Part shown: piece by piece, positions 37,662-47,458 of the stretch
How the letters are laid out: each line of letters begins with the position of its first letter
How positions within the stretch are numbered: position 1 is the first letter of the stretch
Origin: Hyphochytrium catenoides
Taxonomy: Eukaryota; Protista; Hyphochytriomycota
Assembly (NCBI GenBank): GCA_900088475.1
Contig: FLMG01004506.1
Span: 1 to 47,458 of the forward strand
Direction: 5' to 3'
DNA: 47,458 nucleotides
Made by a program: the position numbers and the translations under genes
Notes under the pieces: generated by a model
What the model was told of the DNA's origin: nothing
What the model saw: the letters and a program-made list of their open reading frames with translations, nothing else
The model's database searches: none

Positions 37662-38553
37662 GATCCTGCGTCGTGATGTTGTGCCTGAGCCTGCAAAGAG
37701 ATCTTCAAAACACTAAGATTGCTTACCAGAAAAAGTTACATCCTGCCAGATCGTGTCACACATTGTCTCCTGATGGTGCCTGAGTCTACCCTCCCGTCAC
37801 ACTAAGTGCCAGCGCTCATTAGCAGATGCAGAGCCTGAGAATATATCCGGTAGACTAGACAACCTGACATAGGGGAAGCAGCAAGTGCGCAGTACTAATT
37901 TCCAGATAGCAGAAGTGGGCTAGACTGTATAAACTTCAGCTATTCTGCAGTTCACGTAATTTACCCTCGCGGTGGACTGGGCTCGATTCAGGAGAATCTT
38001 TGAGCGATCGCACCGCAAGCATATCTCTTGAGCGGAGATAGCAGCATGCGCAACCAGCTTGGCCCCATAGCACCGAAGGCTTATAGTTCTACCTACTGCG
38101 AGTTTAGATGCGCTCCTAGTTGGAAATGGCGGGATCCGAAGGACCAGATCCTCCTGATAAAGCGACAGAGCAGAAACCCTTGAAGATGAAGTGAACCAGC
38201 TTGGTCAATTTCTTCGCATATCCTGCTGCTACTCTAGATGCGCTCTTAGAAGCTTGGCGGTACCATGATGACCAGCCCATCCTGATTAAGTGGCAAGGCA
38301 GAAACGTGGAGTTGAAATGCCCATATGGGATAAGGAGGAGCACGAGCGGCGTCTGCAGATGGTGCCATGCCCAGAGTCTATTCTTTTTTGCAAACATCAA
38401 GGACAACTGCAATCTTTCCTAAATATGTACTCTGGCCTTCGCAAACGCCTGCGTCACCTTAAGCGGTGTAAGGGAGAGGGAGAGGGTACCTGCTTGATCC
38501 TGCGTCGCTAGGTAATTGAGCTTCCCAATGGAGGGCACAGTTGTATCATATTG

Positions 38554-39168
38554 TCAATGACCCTGGAGGCTCCTTCTCTGGCTTTGGTAATCTCTACAAA
38601 GTACAGCAGTAACAATCGCAGGATCGATGTCTGAGATTTCTGGGGACGCTTGAGTGACCTGGTCTAGAAGCGTTGTATCACCTGGAAGTTTCCGAGTCCA
38701 CGTGTCTGAAGCGCGTAGCTCATTAGTGGCAGCTCTACGTCACCCACAGCAAGGAAAACCCACCGCAAATAGTTCTCGTGGAGGTCAACGGTGCAGTGTT
38801 CATGAGGTTCAAGGCGGCAGTGGTGATGAAGGCGAAGACCATGAGGCTGAGGCCGTACGAAGGCAAAGCTAGCGCCCAGTACTTGGACGGGTAGTATGTG
38901 ATGCCATACGACTGGATAAATTCGTCTGGAATGTAAGCCCAAGCCAAGAATAGGGCTGGGTTGCAATATAAGTTGTTACCCAATCTTAGGTGTTAATATT
39001 ACTCTGACACATACCGAGGCCAATTGAGCTCATTATCCACAGGAAAAAGCCGAAGACCTCCATTTGAATTGCCCCCGCCTTCTCCTCCTCAGTAATAGCT
39101 AAGAATGCAGGCGAGTCCTCAGTCTCCTCCTGCTGCTGGCTGGACTTTGCCACCGGTGCAGACACCAT
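38554..39168 (-). CDS. PIGP: GPI-GlcNAc transferase subunit PIG-P / Gpi19, 3 exons
   Basis: EVFGFFLWIMS..LFLAWAYIPDEFIQSYGITYYPSKYWALALPSY..NLMNTAPLTS.RTI.D..PEISDID; PIG-P signature 'G.TYYP.KYWA.A.P'. Confidence 0.92.
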
Positions 39169-39835
39169 TTTTTCCTTGAAATCTGTCAAGCTGAAGGAGC
39201 AAGCCTATCTAGTTCACATGGAGCGCGGAGATTCGGCAAGTCTCAACTGATTACTGCTCTACCATGACTGACAAGAACTTCTAAACTCGACGGCGCCATA
39301 ATAATACCCTCACAGTGTACTTATTGAACGGGCCGCCGGTCTGGTGTCTGCTCTGCTTGTTGAGCTTATTGCCAAACACTTGTGATCGATCTCCGTTGAC
39401 AACTTCCACAGTAAAATGACAGAGTTTTATCGTGCACTTGTACGAGCTACAGACGATCTCATGGAGATTCTTGACATGTGAGTGGGGATGATTTGTTTGT
39501 AGTAGTACGCCACAGTAGTACAGCGATAGGTTAGGAGTGTGATAGCCGGTACCCGCTCCTCATCACTTTGCATTGACTGCATTGTCTATATTACTATTAC
39601 TCCCTTAGCTCCCTTCAGCCCTGACTGTAGTGAGGGGCTACTATTATCTATCGTCAGCGTCAGTGAATGGGAGACAATGAGTTTCTGCAGCTCCACAGAG
39701 TGTTTGGGGATATTATAGAGCTTAGCGAACTAACAGAGATTTCTTGAGCTCAGTCATCACCTCCGCGCGCCATACATATATCGCCAAAGACGTACACGTA
39801 GCACTGGCCTTTGAGATAACTTTCATATTACAAAG

Positions 39836-40394
39836 ATGCAGCTGCCATTTCTCAATTCCCTTCTCAAGTCTGCTTCCAAGTATTATAAAAGATCTCAGGC
39901 ACGCGAGCTCGCCAAATTTGGTACGTACATGTGGGGACGCTGCTGACAGTCCGGCTAATTTTCAAAGTTCGTTACCTGTTGTCCAAGAACGAAGGCATGC
40001 ATGATTGCAGTGCTAGGTTCATCTCCTACTTGACAAAGACTTCCTTTATATCCGTCGCTCGTAATCGGCCCTTTGCTACTAGCTCTCTTGGAACTTGTCG
40101 AATGAACAACGCGTCAGAGTGAATAAGCTCTGTTTTTTGATGGCTACTGTAGGACTCAAGTATGAGGACATCTTAGTGGATACGCCACTCGTGCAGAGAG
40201 CAGCTCAATGGCTCCCAAAAGAAGAGATGATGAACAGAAACAGAAGATTGGTGCGAGCCATCGATCTTGGTCTCAAGAGAGTAGACCTTCCAGAAAACCT
40301 TCAGGCTATGCAGAGGCCATATGATTTCTACCTCCAGAAGAATCTCAAGGAGGCCGAAGCACTACACCTGGAGCGCAAGGAGCTGATGTCTTAA
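39836..40394 (+). CDS. QCR7: Cytochrome bc1 complex subunit 7 (14 kDa), 2 exons
   Basis: MQLPFLNSLLKSASKYYKRSQARELAKFG|LKYEDILVDTPLVQRAAQWLPKEEMMNRNRRLVRAIDLGLKRVDLP...PYDFYL...ERKEL; QCR7 'GL.YDD...A..RLP...R..R..RA.DL' pattern. Confidence 0.9.
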
Positions 40395-40678
40395 GCTGTT
40401 TATAGGAAGCGGAAGGCTGTGACCAGGTACAAGTTTAGGGCTACTCATAAAGCCAACACCTTAGTGGAGCGGAACTGAGTCGCTCCTTCGAATAGTATGA
40501 GGCAAAAGGGGATAATGAGCCAAAGGGCAGTTGCCGCCTGGAAAACAAGGGAAAGTGATGGCTAAAAGTAAAGATGAAATCGCAGTCCTCCTATGTTAAG
40601 CAGATTGCTGAGCTTCGTTGTAAAGTCCCAGAAACCAGATTTCTGCCTACGCCTACGATGTCCTCACATTCTTAAGCG

Positions 40679-43624
40679 TCATCTTGATAAGCCAAACTGC
40701 TCAAGAATCTGCTCCGTGTGCTCACCGAGCCTCGGACCGGGATCCTGTTGAGGGCTCGCTCCTGACATGTGAATGGGTGTTCTTATGACAGCGATATTCT
40801 CGCCCTCACACTGCGCAGTTCGTTAGAACAATATCGGTGGAAAGTAAAAGAGCAAAGAGCAAGCAAAATGCTTGTGAGATGACTTGTCTCCGGCCAATGA
40901 CACTGCAAGTCCTTACCTCGATCTCTACTTTCATGCTTCTATGCATTAGCTGCTGGTCGTGCGATGCTTCCTGGGGAGAGTTGATCTAGTAAAGGAGTTT
41001 AGTTTCTCGCATCAATCTAATGTCTCAGCCTTTGGTGGAGCTTCCCAGAACAGTCTTCTGTCGCTTCATCGCGTTGTAATTCTACTACGATGTCTTCATA
41101 GTCGTCTCCCCTCAGTGGATGCTCTCGCCTACCTTTTCTACCGGTACATCTAGACCATGGCAGGTATCCAGAATTTCTTGTGTCGAGAACTTAATAAGGT
41201 GGGATTGCAGCCTGTCCCGGATCATCTCTCCCTTCCTGCCTTGTGCAATCCCATCATCTGGCTTGAGGTCTGTGAGCTTCATGGCCTAGAGAACATCAGT
41301 GCAGGGAGTGGAGCATTGTGAGTCATGCTAATACTTGTATCGTGATGTTACTAATAACCCCGTATGATCCGAGATGAAAGGATCAGGCTGACTCCTATCC
41401 CTTCTCGATCTGTTCAGATAGGCTAAAAGAGAAAGAGGAATCTATTGTGGAACGGAATGGCGTGCAAGTCCGACGGTGTGATTGCAAACCGCGGAACAGC
41501 AAATAGACACCAGGTGAAAACAATTCAACACTGACTGGTTAGAGCAAAAACGAGAGAGCAAGCGGAGACAAGCCTTACCTTGCAGAATTGGATCCAGAAC
41601 TTCGGCTCCAGAGTACCTAAAGCGATGTGACCATCGCTTGTCTTATACACGCTATATCCAGGAATTCCTCCAGCCAGCATGTCCTTTCCGCCACCGACCT
41701 CTTCTCCAGTGTAGGTACACCGCGATGCCGGAAGAACTGATAGGGAAAAGGGCCACGCCACACATTAGTGGAGACCATTACGTTCTATAACATCTCACGA
41801 ACAAAAAACAGAAGAAGATAAAAAGAACACAAGATCGCTGTAGGCTCTAGGAGAAACTGTTCATATTATGGTGGATGACTCTCAAGAGTGAGGAGCCGTA
41901 GGCAAACCAACCAAAAGAACAGCCACTGAGGGTAATACAGATATGGAAAATCTATCACTATCGACGATAACCCAATTCGCAAAGACTCGGAGACTCTCCT
42001 CACCTGTTGTCGCATAAGCTCCATCAGTGAGGGAGACGTCAATGAGACAGCCTCGCCGGTATCCACTATCCGACTTAGCCTGTCGAGCGTTGCGCAGCAA
42101 AGCAGCCAATATCTGGGTGACAGCAGGCCAAGAGCCACCACAGAGGTCTGCCACTTGTATGGGAAGCACCGCAGGATCCTTCATCAGCCCCAAGACTCCA
42201 GCTTTTGCACAATAGTCCAAATCATGCCCTAGGTAGCAGGTAGGAGTCGGATCTTAGACCTTTGTCAATCAGTGGCTCCTGCCAAAGTCGTTTCAATGTC
42301 TTCCGTCAAGCACTCAACCACTATCCCCTCGAAGTTGTCCTGACCTTCGCCTAGGCACACTGAGACTTACCTGGATGTTGGGCTGAGGGCCCGCCTTGTC
42401 CATAGCCCGAAATTCTGCAGATTATCAAATGCGGAAACTTATGCTCCAGCTCGGGTGAAGACTGCACTCCAAGAATGTCTTCGAGAACTCCAGGACGAAA
42501 GCTCTCGACGAGCACATCTGCGTACAGACGAATCAGATCAACATCAGCTTTATACATAATTTCCTCTCCTTGCCCCGCCTAGCAACTACCTCACAGGCCT
42601 CCTTCCGTATATTAGTCATATTTTCTAATGTTTCTTAGTTCTCGGCTGGCTTCTGGATGCCCCTCTGCCTGCCCCGCTCTCTGTTTGACGTCTGATATTC
42701 CAGTTCCCAAAGTTCTAAACTCTACCTGACTTCTTTATAATCTGTTCAAGCAAGGCAACGTCGGATTGTTCCCTGAAGTCCAATGCAATGGATCTAAACG
42801 GATTAGCGACGAGGCGTCAGCATTTCCCAGAGAAGAATTGTAGAAGGAAAGCAACATCTATGAAAGGACATGAGAAGTATCCACCAAGGTCGCTAAGGCA
42901 AAGAGAAAGAACGCCAAGAACGAGATCTGGCGACAACTCGAGTTAGAAAGCCTTTCCTCCTTCTACTTTAAGATCACTTTGCTCTCTCTGTCTCTCTCTT
43001 TCTATCTCTCTCTCTCTCTCTCTCTCAATAAGCATGAAAGTTCTTCTTTCTCTTGCCTTCGGTTTACCTTTTTCCTCGATTGAGAGCATGAAACATGACC
43101 GAGTTCTTGTCTTTGGCCAACGGTGGATAGTATCGAGTACCATCTCCGCCCTGACTCTCCACCTTTATAACGTCCGCACCTAGGTCTGCCAGCTATTTAT
43201 GGCAAGGGGTAGGACGATTCCAAAGAAAGGCAAGACGGAGTATTAGCTGATGCAGCAAGAACGCTGACTAGAAACGAAGGGAGAGATAGCAAGCAAGGAA
43301 GAAGTACCAGCGAGAAAGAAGTGGCAAGGAACTGGAAGTGTAAAAGGAGCCAGCCTGTCTAAGGGGAAGAGCCTATGTAGGGGTTACAATTTGAGTAGCG
43401 TATGGGCCTGGCAGCAAGCGGGAAAGGTCAAGAACTTTCACGCCTTCAAGGGGCGGACGCATCCCGGGGCAGACCGTGGAGAAGCTTGTGGACAACAAGG
43501 AGGCAGGCTGGTTAACCGCGACAGCTGGATGCTGTCCTCTTCCTATTGAGCTTCCGCAAGCCACCCCTCTCACCAGTAGCCTCCCTCTAGAAAGAGAAGC
43601 ATAGGTCTGAAGTCTGATGAGCAT
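40679..43624 (-). CDS. Family III CoA-transferase (CaiB/BaiF, alpha-methylacyl-CoA racemase-like) with a mitochondrial-type presequence, multi-exon
   Basis: [114 protein letters not shown]. Confidence 0.92.
42980..43028. repeat. (CT)n microsatellite inside a CoA-transferase intron
   Basis: ctctctctgtctctctctttctatctctctctctctctctctctc. Confidence 0.9.
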
Positions 43625-44366
43625 AATGGCGGGGGCTTGTCACAATGGAAGCTAAGCATTCAGCGTTAGAGACTCTCCGGGAGACCACAGCTTTGGGGAG
43701 AGAGAAAGGGATTAGTGAAGAGGAGACAGGCAGAACAGCGTAGACAATCCCGCTACCACTAGCAGCGTAGCGACGAAGGCTTACAAGATAGAAGCCTCGC
43801 TTAGATGACAGGCTAACTGAGGCGCAGCGGATCGAGACAACCTCCAATAATACATATCCAAGCCAAGGAAGATATAAAGAGCTGCCTGGCGCGGAAGAAG
43901 GGCATCCGAAGCTCTTGTGCTCTTGAGCTTCAACATCCCGATCCTAGCCGTTCGAGGCCCCAATAATCTAGCTCAGCTGCCATTGTCTAGCGGTTAGAGG
44001 CTTCACTCCTTCATGCTTCAAGGTTTTTTCTCATCAACAAGAATGATTGCGGCGGAGATACTGAGAGTCCGCAGCGGCATCACCATGAGAAAGAGCTATT
44101 ATGGAGCAGAGAGCGCAGCATCGCTGTCTCCAGTCTTCTTCTCTTTCATTCCCTCCTAGTTTTCCCTTCTGCTGAGCCACAGGTTGAAGCGTCAGACGAG
44201 CATCTAGATGCTACATCTGACTCTGACTGCTGCTGCTACTACTCCTAGCTTCACGGCGCATCAGCTACGGACTACGAAGGCCCAAAGGTAGCGATAGGGT
44301 TGACTACTCTTAGTCTTGGTTAACGTGGCCAACGCGTTTCTCAATAATCGAGAGGCAACTGCAAAT

Positions 44367-47300
44367 ATGAGCGGCGAGGATGGCAATAAGCTTGCCACAG
44401 ATTCCACTCCCTTACTCTTAGATAGCTTCAGGGAGGTTCTGATTCGACAAGAAGAGACAATTGTCTTCGCTCTGATTGAGCGAGCACAGTTCCCCCTCAA
44501 CTCTTCCGTGTATGACAAAGGACAAACGTGAGTGCGACGGTGACAAGCGCTATATCCTTTGAGCGCTACACTTTCTGTCCCAGCATCTCGCTGTCGTTAT
44601 GCCTCCGCCTCTGCCTCATCTTTCCTCCTCTCGATCCCTAGGTACTGTCTTACCTCATCGTACTTCTAGTCGAATACACTTTGGTCTTCTTCTCGCTCTT
44701 TGTGCCCGGGCCTCTTACGCTGTCTTTTCTACGTGCCAGAGGAGTGATAGGTGGAATCAATATACGAGGACCCAAGTTTGATGGAAGCTTCTTGGTAAGT
44801 GATTGCTAACAATCTTGGGCCAGAGGCGCCAGCCAGGCCCAAGGGAGATGACCCAACGAAGCAAGAGTCAAGGAACTAAAAAGGTCTCCCCTGATGTGTG
44901 ATTTTAGGACTTCCTCTTTAGCGAGACAGAGCGCTTGCACTCCTTAGTGAGGCGCTATACGTCTCCAGATGAGCACGCCTTTTATCCGGACTCGTAAGTA
45001 ATAGACGACCCAGACGAAGATAGTCGCAATCTAGCTAGTTTTCTGGGTGATGGGGCGATCATTGAGCAGAAGCATAAAAACTGAAGGGAAGGCTGGTTGG
45101 GAGCTCATCCAAGTAGTAGATAGATGCAAGGTGTCATTCGTTTGGTCGTATATTTTTGGCGATCGCGTTGTCTGCTTTCAAATTGCTTGCTTGTCTTAAT
45201 GACGCGGTCGACTTGGTTCTCGCCATGTGCTGCTCTCGTCCGGAGCTACCGTGTAGCTCTTCCAGTGCTTGGATCTATCCATGCTGATCTCGTTCCTTGC
45301 GGTTCTAACCTCCCGCATTGACATGTCCATCTAGCCTTTGTGAGCCGATGCTCTCGAATGTCAACTATCCTGCCATTCTGAAGCCTAACGCCATCAACAT
45401 AAATGACCGGATAAAGACCATCTACCTCAACAAGATTTTGCCATCGGTCTGCCAGCCAGGAGAAGACTCTAACGAGGTGAGTTGTTTGTCTAACACTACC
45501 TGCTAGAGAGCTCCATTTTATAGAACAAAGGAGCGTTTATAAATAGAAAGTGAGTCTGGGGCACGCCACCATTCTTGGCTTAATGTGAGACCTTAGAGTC
45601 GGCTAGGACGTCCTGCCACACCTTTCGCTTACTCTTCCATAGTATGGTTCCACTGCTTGTGCGGATATAGCTGTGCTACAGGCTCTGTCCAAGCGAGTCC
45701 ATTACGGAAAGTTCATCGCGGAGGCAAAGTTCCAGGTTAGTTACTAGCTTGAGGTTCTGAGCTTGGAAAGTGGAGTCCGCAGTACCAAGGGAGAGATGGG
45801 CTATAACCTCCCTGTTATTGACACCCGAACTTGGCAGGAAGAGCCCGCAAAGTACACTGAACTGATTATGAAGAACGATGCTGAGGGTATAATGCAGGAG
45901 CTGACCAAGCCAGTAGTCGAGGATGTAAGTCCATCAGCATAGCCCTCTAGGGCCTCAAGGATCTCAATAACAACTAACTTCTTGCTTTATTTCTTCAGAG
46001 GGTCTGCCGCAGAGTCAAACTAAAAGCCTCAAGCTATGGTACAGAAGCTAGCTTTGTTTGCGCGGTCACTCTCTGCTTATGTGACTTCTCTCGCTGCCCT
46101 TTTCGACTCGCATATCAGGTCAAGACATCGATGTCGACAAGCGGCCACTTGAGAATCCCCGCTACAAAGTAGATCCCGACCTAATCTCTAATCTCTACCG
46201 GGTGCGTGGGCGCGCTTTTTAGAAATATTATATCCCTCCTTGCATCAAGCCCTTTTCAGAGTCCTTTTGATCTTTGGAGCTAACAGAGTCTATTTAGGAC
46301 TTTATCATGCCTCTAACAAAGGAGGTCCAGGTGGAGTACCTCCTGCAGAGACTTGATCATGACTCCGTAGCGTACTTGGGTCCAGAGGATAGCTCTTGCT
46401 TTCAGGCGGTAAGGCCTTCACTTCCAACGACGCTATCCCACTCTGCCAAGCGTCTGCATCCCTGGCGATTGGAAATTCAGGGTCCGCTGCATGCCGTTAC
46501 CTCCCGATCTATCTTACTCTATCTTGAGAGTCTGTGTTTGCCACCATTTCTTAGGCTCCTTTATTCTATCCGTTATTACCTCCACGCTAAGCACCATTTC
46601 GACTGGCAGGCTCTGGACCACTTCGGAAACCCTGCGAGCCGTAATTTTGTGGCACTGAAGTCTGTTTCGGAGGTCTTTAACGCCGTGATGTCGAACCACT
46701 GTGCATACGGAGTAGTGCCTCTAGAGGTTTCGAGAACAGGCATGGTCAAGGTTACCCAAGAGTTGCTGATATCAAGGTGAGGGGAACGTGGCTGCTCTTA
46801 TAAACCTGGGCGCTGGAGACACAAGGGAGAAAGCAAGCAAAGGGAGCCCTAAGACCCCTTCAATCTCAAAACCAAGCATTATGGGAAAAGCTTTGCCCCG
46901 GGGATCAAAAAGGAGCGTGAAGTAAGGAGATGGAGGAGTCGGAGATGGAGGAACATCCCGGGCTACAAAAGCACAATAGCGTTGACGGCTTGATAAAGGG
47001 TATGGTCAGCTTTTGGTGTTGGGTCTCGATCATCCATTGGGCGAAGTTACAGCGACGGCCAAGACTGCCCTTGGACAGTTTGCCCATTAACGTCGCCCTG
47101 TAGTTCTCTGTACATGTCAGCGGAGCGTTACATCAAGGAGAAGCATGGGTTGGCGGCGATGGCGCCGCTTCCAGGGCATTTGGAAGGGGTGGAGCAAGTT
47201 TTTGTCCCAAGAAGCCTCTTTCCTGAGTGCCGGCTTTGGGTTAGCCAAAATTTGCCACGCGCCGAGGTGACACTAGACCTGGATTCTCGTCTTGTCTCTT

Positions 47301-47458
47301 CTGCATTGTCTGACCTCAGGCGTATACCGTGTCAAGATTCCTTCCTCGCTGTTCACTCCATCCAAAGGCTTGATTCCGACCGTTTCCCTCCAACCCGTCC
47401 AATGTGTCAGGGTGATTAGCCATAACCTTCACACTTTCTTCCAGGTCATCACGGTCGA
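44367..47458 (+). CDS. Eukaryotic (Aro7/AroQ-beta type) chorismate mutase fused in frame to a prephenate-dehydratase-like domain; 3' truncated by the window
   Basis: [60 protein letters not shown] and [17 protein letters not shown] are followed directly, in the same exon, by [14 protein letters not shown]|ALDHFG...SEVFNAV...[12 protein letters not shown]. Confidence 0.9.

Noticed and set aside
38116-38511. Short ORFs between SC35 and PIG-P
   Set aside because: No family resemblance or consistent splice model; most likely overlapping 3' UTR sequence.

Overview
Gene-dense eukaryotic nuclear DNA (roughly 50% GC, standard genetic code, many short GT-AG introns of about 50-310 nt). It is most likely from a stramenopile or similar protist, judged from protein style and not proven. 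I reconstructed 16 spliced protein-coding genes by eye: BAP31, mitochondrial ACP, tubulin cofactor A, TPX2, Rab11, TRAPPC8, a PNRC/Edc1-motif protein, an ICME-like prenylcysteine methylesterase, TANGO6/Rtp1, a stand-alone lipoyl-domain protein, pyruvate dehydrogenase kinase, SC35/SRSF2, PIG-P, QCR7, a family III CoA-transferase, and a chorismate mutase fused to a degenerate prephenate dehydratase domain (cut by the window end). There are also GA/CT microsatellites and one 36-N gap. I see no rRNA, tRNA, CRISPR or transposase. The most interesting signals are: (1) a mitochondrially targeted, catalytic-domain-less lipoyl-domain protein with a remodelled lipoylation turn, lying tail-to-tail with PDK (a candidate PDK decoy or adaptor); (2) an Aro7-type chorismate mutase fused to an apparently degenerate PDT domain; (3) a WAW variant of the YAG decapping-activator motif; (4) a shared MYB-site plus CHR cell-cycle promoter module at TPX2 and at the window start; (5) near-perfect strand alternation of genes, which predicts hidden divergent transcripts. 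Exon boundaries are manual and some are ambiguous.
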